From assembly GCA_028534125.1 (NCBI GenBank), contig CM052817.1, positions 73,162,001 through 73,226,000 on the forward strand: DNA of 64,000 nucleotides, in the 5' to 3' direction. Every line of letters starts with the position of its first letter. The stretch's first letter is position 1. Below the pieces are notes generated by a model. The model had not been told where the DNA came from and ran no database searches. It was given only the letters and a program-made list of their open reading frames with translations. This document shows, one piece after another, positions 1-13,371 of the stretch. This DNA comes from Lama glama. Taxonomy: Eukaryota. The position numbers and the translations under genes were made by a program.

Positions 1-599
1 TAAAAATGGTGGCAAAAAAGGCGAGTTAAACCATGAAGGCCACACTTCTAAGTAAATGGGTGAGGCTACAAAAAAGGCAGAAAAATCCTCTGAGGCCAGG
101 GAGGAAGCACATCCAGGGATATAAATGAACACTGAACCCTTAAGACACCCGGCGTAGACGTTCTGGGCAGGGGCAGAGTGCAGGAGCAGCTAGTGACCAA
201 AGTCACACCTGGAAGGGAACGAGCATAGTGACCACCATATAAAGCAGGGACTCAGGAATGGCTCCATCCTCAAGAAAAAGATTAGCTTAAAATATGTCAC
301 CCAGCTGAGGCAAATAACCTGGAAAATTTTTGTTTGGCCTTAGTTCTTGTTGACAACTTTAAGCAAAAACTCACCTGAAAATTAGTGATCACAGGTGGTC
401 CTCACTGGGCTTAAGACCTAATTTTATACCATATGTGTAGTTTAAGCCAAGCACCTATAAGCCAAGACTTTTAAAGTAGATCCTGTTGTTTACCTAAATC
501 CAAATAATCTAAGAAATAAGTAGGACAAGAAAAAAAGAGAGAAATCAGGTGACTCTTAAATAGTAGGAGTACATTTCTTGGAAAGGTGGTTGATGACTG

Positions 600-800
600 T
601 AACAATAATGGTAAACATGTAAATTTCTTACTATATGCCAAGAAGCCCTGCTTTAAGTCATTTATATACTAATTTAATTAATCCTCACAAAACCCTATGA
701 GGTAGATACTATTATTACCCCCATTTTACAGATGACGGAACTGAGACACAGAGATGTTAAGGAACTTGCCCCAATTCACACAGCAAAGTGATGGAGCCAA
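600..800 (+). mobile_element. MIR SINE fragment
   Basis: Core aatcctcacaaaaccctatgaggtagatactattattacccccattttacagatgacggaactgagacacagaga typical of MIR; strand is nominal. Confidence 0.75.
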
Positions 801-1207
801 TTCTTATGGGTAAATTGTGTCCCCACCTCCACCAAATTCAGATGTTGAAGTTATAACCCCAAGTACCTCAGACTGTGATCTTATTTGGAAATAGAATTAT
901 TACAGCTATAACTAGTTAAGATGAGATCATACTAAGATAGGGTAGTCCACTATGACTGGCATCCTTATAAAAAGAGGAAATTTGGAGATAGACACACACA
1001 GGGAGAATGCATGTGAAAATTGTAGTTATGCTGCCACAAAGCAGGAACTACCCGAAGCCAGGAGAGAGGCCTGGAAAAGATCCTTCTGAGTGCCTTCAGA
1101 GAGGGCAGGGCTCTGCTGACTCCCTGATCTTGGACTTACAGACTCTAGAATTGTGAAGCCACCCAGTTTGTGGCACTTCGTTACAACAATCCTAAGCAAC
1201 TGATACA
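801..1207 (+). mobile_element. MLT1-type (MaLR) solo LTR
   Basis: Start tatgggtaaattgtgtccccc...ccaaattca..tgttgaagt and end aagccacccagtttgtggcactt...aactgataca typical of MLT1B/C. Confidence 0.75.
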
Positions 1208-2500
1208 CCAGGATATATCATAGGAGGATCTGAGATGGGAGATAAAAGAGAGAAGTGACTTGGAAGATGGAGTGAAAGGGTCTATCATATGTCTGATCAG
1301 GAAATGATAACAGAGCAAATAGAAAAAAAAATGACTGTTTTAATAGATAATTTCTGATAATTTCCCAGAATTGCCAAAATACATTAATGTTCAAATACAA
1401 GAATCGCAATGAATCCCAAGTAGGATGGAAAGGGAAGGAGGGAAGAAACTAGAAGAAAGGAAGGCAGGCAGGCAGTCATAAATCCACTGCCAGCTTACAC
1501 AGTCATCAAACCTCAGCACACCAAGGACAAAGAAACAATCTTAAGAACAATCAAAGAAAAAAGAGAGTTTACTGCTAACAAATCTTTACTAAAGAAAAAT
1601 GATGCCAGAAAAATGGTGTAAGATGCCAGAAGAAATGGGCTTCTGTTCCCAGACTGATGATCCGGTACGTCAGGTTGGAGGTCCTCTGGCAGAATGTTCG
1701 GGAAATGCTCCAGTTCCAGAGCCACAGGGGTTGCTCACAGTTCTGAGCTGGTTCGGAGCCTCTGCAGGCCCAGAGGTGTCCCCTACCAGAAATGCCTGAA
1801 GCCCTGGCAGATGCCCCTGTCATGACAGCCACTCCTGGGCAGGCTGCCTTCCAATGCCATGCAGCCTCCTCCTCTGCAGCCTCCGTGGTCAGATTTCCTT
1901 TCTGATCCTTAGGAGTCTGAATGGCCAAAACTGCAGCCAACTTGGTTTCCATTATCACTTTGTGCTCAGAAATTTCTGGAGAGAGTTGGCTCTGGTTGAG
2001 GTCTGTGACTCTGAAAATTCCCTTTGATTGTTGAAAGTCACTCTGGACATATGTGAATTACTTACAAATTCACACCAGCTGATAGCAAATATTAACTACA
2101 GTAAAGTGTAACACTTGCTGTTCACTCCTTTCAACACTTAGTCATTTACTGTCTTACCTCTTCTGTCCCGGCTGTGCATAAGCCGTTGAAATGTACAAAT
2201 CATTCCTCACACTTTCTTTAAATAAAACACCCCTGGACTAGCACAGTTTTGTGCACATAATAGGTGATGAGGGGAAACAAGTGTTTGTAGAGATGAAGTC
2301 ATCATAAAAGGAAAGGGTAGAGGAAGGTTTCAGGTTGATGAATTGACCTGAATAAGGCATCGCTTCAGAGAGTGAAAGGTCTAGTTCCAGCGTCCGTTCA
2401 CTTTCCAGTATGCGTGCTCGCTCCCTTGACTTACCAAATAAGTCTGGTGAACTGCATTAAGTGGACACTTTCTCTTTATAACCATATCATCCTGGGTCAT

Positions 2501-2985
2501 TGTATTAGTCAGCGTTCTCCAGAAAAACAGAACCAATAGGACATGTATACATGTAGACAGAGATTTATTATTAGGGACTGACTTGCATGATTACGGAGGT
2601 TGACAAGTCGCAGCAGCTGCTGCTGGCAAGCTGGAGGTTCAGGAGAGCTGATGATGGAGTTCCAGCCCAAAGAGCAGGTTCAAGACCCAGGGAGAGGTCA
2701 TGCTTCAGTTCAGGTCCAAAAGCAGGAAAAGATCTGTGTCCCAGATCAAAGACAGAGGAGTTCTCTCTTACTTTGGAGAAGGTCAGCCTTTTGTTCCATT
2801 TGGTCCTTTAACTGGTTGGATGAGGCCCCCTCACATTAGGGAAGGCAGTCTGCTTTACTCAGTCTGTTGATTTAGATGTTACGCTCATCCAAGATCACCC
2901 TCACAAAAACACCCAGAATAATGTTTGACCAAGTATTTGGGCACCCTCTGGCCAAGTCAAGATGCTGCACAAACATCACCATCAG
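2501..2985 (-). mobile_element. MLT2-type (ERVL) LTR
   Basis: tgtattagtcagcgttctccagaaaaacagaaccaatagga is the reverse complement of the MLT2 3' end. Confidence 0.75.
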
Positions 2986-3145
2986 TCGGCTAGTATGAAT
3001 TGTGTTCCATCGTTCAGATGGCTCTTACAAAATTATTTGAGTCATGAGATAAGATAATTAATATTGACGAAAACGGGGAAAGAATAACATCTTTCAAGCA
3101 TTTTTGCACATCTGTTTTGATCTCCCCTCTCTTACTCTGTAATAG

Positions 3146-3397
<252 letters not shown>

Positions 3398-3807
3398 TAA
3401 TAGGTTAGATTTCTATTGTCATCCTACCATTCACCTACCTCCACCACCATTCTGGTAAAATTCAATAAACTCAGTTATCAGCCTCCTTCATCTACTTCAT
3501 CTGCTTCACCTACTTGTAAGATAAGTAAGAAATACGCCGCGCTGTACCCTGTATGCATCAACTGGAATCTCCAAGTCACACTGGTATCTGGTCCCATATG
3601 GTCAGGTTAGCATTTTTAATATCCTTTTCCCTTGTTTTGTCTTTGTACTTTCAAAGAGGGAGAAAAGATCCTAAAGTTCATATCTAATACAAGTTATTCC
3701 CTCAACATGATGCATAAATCCCATTTTATACCTGTTGATCCCCCTTGCAATCAAGTGATAACTAAGCCATAGCTTAAACACCTTCAGAGAGGAAAAACGA
3801 TTATTGT

Positions 3808-3900
3808 CTTTTTTTTTTTAATGGAGGTACTGGCAATTGAACCTGGGACCTTATGCATGCTAAACATGTGCTCTACCATTGAGCTATACTCACCCCCCTC
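3808..3900 (-). mobile_element. tRNA-derived SINE (vic-1-like), short copy
   Basis: Reverse complement reads gggggtgagtatagctcaatggtagagcacatgtttagcatgcataaggtcccaggttcaattgccagtacctcc followed by poly(A). Confidence 0.85.
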
Positions 3901-4684
3901 TCTTCTTACTTTCAAATAATTCTAGTGGTTAGGAAGTTCTTAAATTTGAGCCAAATCTGTCTTTTTCTAATTTCTACCTATGAATTAACAACTCTGCCTT
4001 CTGGGACCATTGAGATCAATCTCTCTTCACTAATATATCTATCTATTTAAATATACAAAGGCAACCATCCCCACTGACTTTTCTCTTCTTTGGATTAAGA
4101 TGTTAGCTTAGCTTAGCTCTTAGCTTACTCTGTTTTTCTACTTTGGCCAGAGGTATTTTTAGATCCATATTTTATTATTTATTTAATAGTAGCTGTCATC
4201 TGTTTTGCACTGTCTTTATGTGAAGCACTATGCTGGGCATTTAACAAACAAACAAGCATTAATTCTGACATTTGAAACAACTCTACAAAATAGATCACAT
4301 TGCAGAGAAATGCTTGAGCTGATACGTCAACCCAGAGTCTCAGTCCGTGATCCAGCTACATGCCCTAATAAGCCAGCCCCTAGGGCAGGTCACTTCATGG
4401 CCTGATTTTTATGTGCACGTTTTAATAAAAGAATAATAGAAATTGTAAGTTCTATTATATGCCAGATACATGTTAATGACTTTACATGTATTGTCTCGTT
4501 TAATCTTTTTAACAGTCTTGTAAGGTAGCTATCACTACACCCTCTTTACAAATAAGGAAACCAAAGTCTGGAGGTGTAACAAAGCTCCTAAATGGCAAAG
4601 CCTGCGTTCAAAGCGAGATCTACTGACCTCAAAGCCTGTGGCCTTCAGCGTTATGTTATACTGCTTCCTGTTTCTATTTTTCAG

Positions 4685-4871
4685 ATTTTAGAGGGCAAAA
4701 CAATAAAAGGATGTATCAGTGTGGAACCTTACATACTGGGAGAGTTTGTAAAATTATCAAATAACACGAAAGTGGTGAAAACAGAATTCAAAGCCACAGA
4801 ATATGGCTTGGCTTATGGCCATTTTTCTTATGAGTTTTCTAATCATAAAGATGTTGTAGTTGACTTGCAAG
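4685..4871 (+). CDS. ALPK1: Alpha-kinase 1, internal coding exon: [62 protein letters not shown](G)
   Basis: Acceptor ttttcag at 4684, donor CAAG|gtatgt at 4872; 187 nt (phase 0 to 1). Alpha-kinase motifs VEPYI.GEF.K..NN and VVDLQG. Confidence 0.95.
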
Positions 4872-6050
4872 GTATGTGAAACTGGGATTTTTTTATTTTT
4901 TACTATTATTTATATGTAAATGTGAGGTTTTGTAACTAGCTGTGCTGATCATTATTTAATAGATTGTTCGGTGTGTAGGCTACTACTTGGAACTGAATTA
5001 ATTGATTTTCCTGTATACAGCAAAAGGTGACCCCCCCCCAATTTTACAACTTCTACAGGTGGCTAAGGTATCCAGCAATCAGGAGAAGATCTGGCTTATA
5101 TTCTGCTGGACTTCATTCTAGAGCAAATCCATAACAGCTTTTTAAAATTTCACTGAAGTGGTTTTGAGTGATGCAGGTTTCTTATGATTGCATGTTTAAA
5201 TGTGTCAGAATGTTTCCACACTTTCTTTCCTCCAGCCCTTTCCCTTTATTACGGGTGTGATGATTGGGTTTCATAATTGGGATCATTACGGAACAGAAAG
5301 CTGTGTGTGTTGGAATCTGATTTCCTTTAAAATCTGCATTAACATTTTAATCTTGTTTCAGTTTGTTATTTTATTTGTCAGAATTATTAGCCATTATTCT
5401 ATACTTTATTTAAATAATAAATGAGTTTTATTGTAATTGTTTCTAGTAATGACTCTGTGACCATCCTCCAAGATCTTTTGTATCTCCCTTCCATAGCATT
5501 TACCATCACTCTCCATCATATTACATATTCTGCTTACCTGTGTTGTCTGTCTGTCCCTCTTCATGAGAACGTTACATCAATGAGGACAGAGTTTTTTTTA
5601 CTAACTTGTTCACTGCTGTATCTCCAGTGACCAAAACAGTGTTTTGTACAGTATATACGCCCAATAAATATTTGTTAAATGAACAGAGAAATATATGAAT
5701 TAATGAGTAAGGCATTAAAGAAACTTCTGAATTAGGAAAGAAATATTCAATATTGTGATTTAATAATTTCACTAAGTGAATGTTACTGCTCTCTAATACT
5801 GCTCTCTAATTGGTGGTCTGGGTACGTCGTATTTGACAAATTTAATTACCCGATACTCAGTTCTTCTTCTTAAACCGGTCGTTGGAATATGCATCACCAA
5901 ATCCCTTAACAGAAATTTATCAATCATAAACCACAGGATGACGAAGTTTTTCAAGTGTCTATTTAAATGTATATATTGTATTTTCTTCTGAAACACTTTG
6001 TTGACATTCATAGAGGATCTACTTCTCAGACGTATGTATTTCTTTTTCAG

Positions 6051-6250
6051 GTTGGGTAACAGGTAATGGAAAAGGGCTCATCTACCTCACAGACCCCCAG
6101 ATTCACTCTGTTGATCAGAAAGATGTCACTACCAACTTTGGAAAGAGAGGAATTTTTTACTTCTTTAATAACCAGCATGTGGAATGTAATGAAATATGCC
6201 ATCGTCTTTCTTTGACAAGGCCTTCAACTGAGAAACCAAATAATCCGTAG
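6051..6250 (+). CDS. ALPK1: Alpha-kinase 1, last coding exon: (G)[65 protein letters not shown]
   Basis: Acceptor tttttcag at 6050, phase-compatible with the previous exon. LTDPQIH catalytic motif, NFGKRG glycine loop and H..CN..C zinc ligands; TAG at 6248-6250. Confidence 0.93.
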
Positions 6251-6419
6251 ACTCTCTGGAGTGGTAATGACCACTTAGTGCTGCTCACCAGTGCCGGCTC
6301 TCCTCTCCTTCCAGGCACACAGATTATGGCACAGCCTGGTCCCTTTGGGCTTAGGTCAGGCCGTGGGGCTGGCCTATGGCTTGTGAGAGGAATTGATGAG
6401 AATCTCTTTCAGGCCCATA

Positions 6420-6640
6420 TTGAATTGCCAGTGCACCCTGCAGAGTCTCTTTCCCTGTGCCGCAATTACCAAGAATACGCCAGGAGACAGCTGCTCATCA
6501 GCATAAGTCCTACGATGAGGAAAGCATGGGAAAGAGCCCCAACTGACGGACACAGAGCGCGTATGAGAAATAAACTTTTCTGGCTTAAGCCATCGAGATT
6601 TTGGAGCTTTTTGTCACTATCTGTCAAGACTGATAACTAC
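6420..6640 (+). mobile_element. Old MLT1-like LTR 3' fragment in the ALPK1 3' UTR region
   Basis: gagaaataaacttttctggcttaagccatcgagattttggagc resembles MaLR LTR 3' ends (AATAAA...TTAAGCCA..GAGATTT). Confidence 0.5.
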
Positions 6641-7414
6641 TGGTGTTTTTCTTACTGATTTAGGAGTTGTTTGTATATATTAAAGAATTCAGGCCTTTGT
6701 GATATGAATTCCAGGGTTTTTTTTTTTGTCTTTTGACCTTTGCCTTTGTGTGAAACTTTTTCCTGTGCAGAATTTGTTTTATTTGGTTGAATTCATCAAT
6801 CTTTTATGACTTCTAGGTTGTATGTTGTATGTAGACCTTCCCTACTCTGGGTGTCTTTTTTATTAATCCTCCCATATTTTCTTCTAGTGCATTTACAGTT
6901 GTGAGAAGTATGAGGGAAGAATGGTGTATTTTGATGGCCACCACAGTCTGCCCTTGCACATCACAGATCTGCTGCTTCACACGGGTTTGGGAGCAGCTCC
7001 TTCACGATCTCGCTGAAAGAAGTTTACAAAAAGGAGATTGGTGAGCTATTCCTATACTGCAGTTAGTCTTTGGGGCTACAACTGATACACACACTCTCTC
7101 TCCTCCACTATTCATTCTAAATTTCCCTCAGCAAGTGTCAGTGCCTTACCTAGTGGTGTGACTCAGACCTACATACGTGAAGGTTCTGAATTCTAGATAG
7201 TTATAACTTTCTCAGTTTGAGGTCACTGCTCATGTCTGTTCAGAGCTGCAAATGGAGCACATGAGAACCATTCAGATCTCCTGCTATTGCGAGTATAGTT
7301 AACTGACACCCCCAGCTTGCACCCCTCTGGGTCCACAGCAAAGTCATGCTCCCCGGGGGTGCTCAGCTAATGACTCAGTAAGGCAAGGATGCAGGCTCAA
7401 AATACCTCTAATAG

Positions 7415-7549
7415 AGGGGGCAGGGTATAGCTCAGTGGTAGAGTGCCTGCTTGGCATGCACGAGGTCCTGGGTTCAATCCCTGGTACCTCCACTAAGAAG
7501 TAATAAAATAAATAAACCTAATTACCTCTCCCTAACAAAAAAATTTTTA
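7415..7549 (+). mobile_element. tRNA-derived SINE (vic-1-like) with 17-bp target-site duplication
   Basis: A box TAGCTCAGTGG, B box GGTTCAATCC, A-rich tail; TSD caaaatacctctaatag (7398-7414) / caaaatacttctaacag (7550-7566). Confidence 0.9.
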
Positions 7550-8129
7550 CAAAATACTTCTAACAGGTGACTGTGCACAAAATCTTCCCACTGGGCTGAC
7601 CAGAAACTTCTTGGAACTCTGCGATAGTCTGTGCTGAGACTCTTCCTGCCCAGTCCTCCTCTGTTTGCCTCTGTGTTCACAGTGTCTGACTTCCATCGTG
7701 GTCTCCCTGCATACTGCTGTTCCCTCCCATTTACCCTTGACAGGCATTTCTCCCCATAGATTTATGTGTCTGTTCTTTTCTTGGCATTTGCTTCTTGAGG
7801 AACCCAAACCAAAGTTTATTAAAGAAATTTTAAAAATTCATCCTATTAACAAAATAAAGGAGGAAAATTGTATTATAATCTCAAAGATGTAGAAAAATCA
7901 TTTAATAACATTGAAAATCAACTTATGGTTAAAAAAGCTCTTTGCAAACTAGGCATAAAAGAAAACTCTCTGAATCTGATAAAGGATATTTTAACTTTTT
8001 TAAGCAGCAAAATTATAATTAATAGTGAAGCAGTTAAAATTTTCCATTTGAGAAAGAGAACAAGCAAATTTGCTCACTACCCAAACCCCGTCCAACATTC
8101 GGGGGGGAAGTATATATATATATATATAT

Positions 8130-8945
8130 CTGCCCCTGGTTCCTGGCAGAGAGCTCCTAAATCCCTTGGAATTTTCTGGTGATAGGAGTGTGTCTTGTTC
8201 TAATGAGATGACTCTTGGTGAGCTCCTGGAGAGCTTCAGAATGAGGACTGATCACCAGAAAAACCAAGCCATGATTAGAAGCTTGGAAATTTTACCCCCA
8301 CTCCCCATCCTCTGGGAAGGGAAGAGGGGCTGGAGATTGAGTTAATGATTGAGAATGCCTACGTGATGAAGCCTCCATAAAAATCCCATAAGTACAAAGC
8401 TCAGAGAACGTCTGGGTTGCTGAACACATGGAGGTACGGGAGGGTCATGCTCCAAAAGAGGGCATGGAAGCTCTGTGTCAGCACCTCTTCCCCTCCACTG
8501 CCCTATCCCTTGCCCTATGCATCTCTTCTATCTGAATGTTCATCTATTAGCCTTCATCAAATCCTCTTATAATAAACTGAGATACATAAGTGTTTCCCTC
8601 AGTTCTGTGAGCCAATCTAGAATAGTGTGTACCCCTAGAAGTGGGTCATGGGAATGCTAATTTGTAGCCATTCAGTCTGAAGTACAGGTAACAACTTGGG
8701 ACTTGGAATTGGCATCTGAAGTAAGGGCAGGCTTGTGAGACTGGGCCCCTAATCTGTGGGATCCGATACTAACTGCAGGTCGTGTCAGAACTGAGTTGAA
8801 TTATAGGACATCCAGCTGGTGTCAGAGAATTGGTTGGTGTGGGGAAAAATGACACATCTGGAGTCAGAAATGTGAGTGTGGTAGTAGTGTATATGAATAA
8901 AAGGGAAACATGAAGAGGTTTTTGTTCTGTTTTGTTTTTACTCTA
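8130..8945 (+). mobile_element. LTR element (MER21-like)
   Basis: tggttcctggcagagagctcctaaatcccttggaatt... plus internal AATAAA and ggacttggaattggcatctgaagt segments resembling MER21-family LTRs; family assignment from memory. Confidence 0.55.
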
Positions 8946-9636
8946 TAGACTATTATAGAAGAATTCTAGTTAGTAAACATAGAAGGAATGATAGAATTAG
9001 GAAATTATTATATTGTATCCTTGGATGAATTAATGGCCCTAGGTAAAAATCACTGATAGCTGCTGAAACTATTAGGAGAATAGTTGATGGCGAACTTTAT
9101 GTTAGAGGAATCAAGACAATGCTACCTACGCCTCAATCATCAGTAAAAGTGGGGCTATAAATCAATAATAAAATAACATTTGGGGGACAATTAGGGATTT
9201 TTAATGTGTACTGAGTGTTAGATAAAACTAACAAAGTGATGTTTTTAAAAAATACTAAAACCAAAAAAAGTGGAGGAAGAAGTGAAAGAAGCTTGGCTCT
9301 TTCTTGATAGTGTTGAAGGTTGGAGGTGGGTACATAGGGATCCATTATACTTAGTCTTTCCTCTTTTGTATATACTTTTAAATCTCCATAAAAAAATGTT
9401 TAAATGTAAGGTCATATAAGGGAAAAAATGCCAAGAAAAATCCTAGATGAAAACCAAGATTTATATCAAATAAATCAGAAATGAATATAAGGAGTGTTCC
9501 ACAATGTAAAATCCTGCAGAAAAACCAAGAAGAAATAGAATTATGTATTGGGTGAGGGACTGAGGACAGTGAAAAGAGATTGCTGGCAGCACAAAGAGCT
9601 GTTAACAGACAGAGTGACCTTTGGGATGTTGTAGAA

Positions 9637-9858
9637 TAGGGCCCAGCAAACTATGGCCCGTGGGTCAAATCCTGCTGCCGTCTGTTTTTGTAAATAAAGT
9701 TTCACTGCAGCACAGCCACGCTCATTCAGTTAGGTACTATCTTTGGCTGATTTTGTATTACAGTGGCAGAGCTGGCCGTTGTGTCCAAGACTGTATGTCC
9801 CACAAAGTCAAGAATATTTCCTATATGGCCCCTTACAAAAAATGTTTGTCAACCCTTC
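9637..9858 (+). mobile_element. MER58A-like hAT-Charlie DNA transposon (MITE)
   Basis: gcaaactatggcccgtgggtcaaatc...tttttgtaaataaagttt...cacagccacgctcattc...tggccccttacaaaaaatgtttgtcaaccc with degenerate terminal inverted repeats. Confidence 0.8.
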
Positions 9859-10911
9859 TTGTAGAAGATGAAATCAGAAAAAAAAAAAAAAGATCAGGAT
9901 GTTTACATACTTTGTTACATATGGTTTTTGGTGACACATTACAAATATGGATATCTCTACTAAAAAGTAACAATGGGTGAAGAAACTGGAAATTGGAGGT
10001 AATAGAAAAAGAAGTTATTAGAGACTGTATATCAGAGCACACTTTTCTCTGTGAAGTCAAAAGGCTAGGCTACTTGCTAAGTGAGATGAGACTAACAAAG
10101 CCAGGAATTTGAAAGGAATAAAGGTTTTGAAACAATGCATATCTCTGTATTATAAAAGGCAGAAATAGAACTATTGAGAGGAATTTCCAGAAAATCACAT
10201 TTTTAAAATCTTTTAAAATTGTTATGTATTTACACCAACACCCATAGATCTGGCTTAAGAAATTAAATGTAATACTACTATTGAATCCTTCAATAGATCC
10301 TTCCCTGACCCCTACCTCCTCCTCCATCCTCCTCCACTACCCAGAAATTGTTGGCTGTCATTCCCCTTAATGTTGTTACACATTTACTTTTATTTAATGT
10401 TGTTATACATTAATATTTTATATAAAAGTAACAATAAATATCCAGTATTAGTTCTTTAAATACTTTAAAACTTTGTATAAACACAAAAAAAAAAGTCCAG
10501 CTGGGTTTAAAAAGAGCCAAGCAGACTTTCTCAGAAATGAAAAATAGTCACTGATATTTATAATTTAATAGAAAGGTTAAACAGCTGATTAGGCATAGTT
10601 CAAGAAAGGGTTATTAAAATGGAAGGGAAATGTGAAGAAATTAACCAAAATGCAGCAGAAAGATAAAAAAGAGAACACGAGATTAGGAGGAAGGAAGGTC
10701 TAGCATCCCTGGTGGGGATTCTAGGAGAACAGGAGAGTGAAGGAGAGGAGACCCTCTCAGTCAAGTGAGGGAAGCAAATCAAGGAGGGCATGATGCCTTG
10801 CGTCAAATGCTGACAGGTAGGATGAGGGCCGTGAATTGCACTGCTGAGGTGAGCAGTGTGAGTTCCCTGCAAATGTAGCTGAGTGCTGGGGTGAGGGCTT
10901 GAATGGAAACG

Positions 10912-11290
10912 TGTATTCGTTTTCTGTTGCTAGCTAACTAGTTGCTACAGGCCTAGCAGCTCAGAGAGACATGCATTATCCTGTCACACTTTCCCTGGGT
11001 CTGAAGTCTGAGTGCAGCTTAGTTGGTCCTCTGCTCAGTGTCTCCCTGGCCTGGAGTCAAGGTGTTGGCCAGACCACGTTCTCCTCTGGAGGCTTGGCAA
11101 GGGAAGGCTACACTGCCAAGCTCACTAGGTTGTTGTAAAATTCATCTCCTTAACACTTCTAGGGCTGAGTTCCTCGTTTTGTTTTTTTTTTTTTTTTTTT
11201 GCAGGCTGAGGTCCACTCTCTGCTCCTGGAGGCCACCTGCTACTTCTTGCTGTGGGAACCATCTTACGGCCCCTCTCTGCCCCTCTCCTT
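10912..11290 (-). mobile_element. MLT1-type LTR fragment
   Basis: tgtatt.gttttct.ttgct... start with a typical antisense MaLR interior (gtcaaggtgttggccag, tctggaggc). Confidence 0.55.
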
Positions 11291-12034
11291 AGCTGAGCCT
11301 CTTGAAGACCCGCAGGAGACCATCCTCTCCATTCCAGCAGGTTAAGAGGGAGTTTTATGTAACATAACCTAACTCAGAGTCTATTCTAATGAATAGAAGC
11401 CACTTAAAACTTAAATCCACTTTCAAGGGGAGGGAATTACACAAGGGTGTGATCCATTGGGGGTTACCTTTGCATGTATTTCCACAAAAGGGTTTAAAAG
11501 AGGAGTGAGGAAAAGAATGGGAGGCAGAGTGTTTAGAATACTCTGTGCATTTTGCTGTAATAGGAAAAATAAAAACTACATGGTGGATAGTTGGAAGAAT
11601 TGAAATCAAGAGAGATACAGATTTTTTTTTATAAGTGGGAGAAATGACAGCATATTGATGAGAAAGTAACAGAAGAGATTGAAGAAATGATGATATAGGG
11701 GAAACAGTGTGGAGAATTGTTGGTGCAGTGCCTTTGAGTAGGTGAGAGGGATGGAATCTAGGATACAGATGGAGGGAAAGCAGATGGAGGGAAAGCATGG
11801 AGAGTTCATCCATGGTAACAAGTGAGACGGCAGAGTCCTGAGTGCAGTGCGCATGGGCACGAGTAGGTACGTAGGTAATAATGTGAGGAAATTCTCTGTT
11901 GAGTCCTTCAGTCTAGCTCTTCTTGAATTTCTTTCTTTCTCTGTCCCTACGACCAGAATCTTATCTGAGGTCTGCATGATATCTGACTCCAGTGTTGCCC
12001 TACATCTTCCTTCAAGACACTAAGGATCTTTCTT

Positions 12035-12175
12035 TTTTGTTTGTTTTTTTAATTTTTTTTTCATGTGGGGAAGGTAATTAGGCTTATTTATTTTTTAGAA
12101 GAAGTACTAGGGATTGAACCCAGGACCTCATGCGTGCTAAGCATGCGCTTTACCATTTGAGCTATCTGCTACTGC
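12035..12175 (-). mobile_element. tRNA-derived SINE (vic-1-like) with target-site duplication
   Basis: Antisense A/B boxes (gggattgaacccaggacct, taccatttgagctat) and T-rich tail; TSD cactaaggatctttctt (12018-12034) / cactagtgatctttctt (12176-12192). Confidence 0.85.
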
Positions 12176-13371
12176 CACTAGTGATCTTTCTTAAACACAA
12201 ATTTTATAATATCCTTAACTTGCTTTAAATCCTACCGTGAAACACTAACAAACAAGGAGGGAAAAAATAAACAAAGGATGTGAATAGTGAATTCACACCA
12301 AAAAGGAAATATTTTCACTCATCAAATTGCACATATGTTAAAAGATAATACTTAATTCTGGAAAGGTTGGAAGAAACTCTCTTATAACTGATGAAGGGAA
12401 CGTCAATTATGACACCTCTTATGGAAAGGAACTTGACAATATGTAATGTTCATTCTTGGACCCAGTAATTCTTCTTCTACAAATCTCTAGTGAGGAAATA
12501 ATTAGGAATGTGAACAAATGTTTATATGCAAGCCTGTCTTTCATAACTTTACTTATGATAGTAAAAAATGAAATAATTTTTCAATAGCACAGAAATAGTT
12601 TTGTATATTAGAATTCATCTATGTGGCTAACTATTCATCCTTTTAAATTGTATACTTTCAAAAAATTCAGTTATACTTAAAATGCTTAATTTAAATTATA
12701 AAATTTAAAGTAAGAAAGCAGTCTATAAAATAGCATTTATAGTATTGATCACAATTTCAGTATATATGTACATGTAATATATAAAAATGTTCATTGCATT
12801 CTTCTCTGGCTAGTAAATTTGTGGTAGTGAATTTTATTTTCTTCTTTATCATCTATATTTTCCAAGTTTCTTGCAATAAGCATGTATTACTTATACCAAA
12901 AAATAGTATTGAATAAGGAATTCAAATGATTCTCTTTTCCAATAGAAAGTCCACATTATTGGGTGAGCACACAGGGCTTTCTCCTTTTGCCCATCAGTAC
13001 TCCCAGTCTTGTAACAGACTCTCTAGGAACTCAGAACTGCTCATAGTGTTGGTTTGCAGTCCACTCTGCCTCCTCCCACCCTGGAACAAAGATGCTTTGT
13101 CTCTTGGTGAGTGTTTTCCTGCTTCTCTTTTACCTACAGTGACAGTTACCCCCTGTGTCTTCTCATCCTTGAAGACTCACCTCAACCAACACCTTCTTCA
13201 GAAAATCCTTGCTGGTGTCCTTCCTTCTCATTCTCTCCTCCACAGCCTAGGTAAGTTACCCTTCCTTTGTCTCCTCAGGTGACTGAGCAGCTATCCCTGC
13301 GTGGTCATCGTGGAGGCTAAGATACTCTTGTGTCGTATTATCTACCCTAGAGGTGAATCACAATTATCTGC

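Noticed and set aside
1575..1958. 127-aa - strand ORF in an ALPK1 intron
   Set aside because: No recognisable homology or splice context; lies among old repeat fragments.
7416..7490. tRNA-like sequence with A and B boxes
   Set aside because: Multi-copy SINE head with A-rich tail and TSD, not a tRNA gene.
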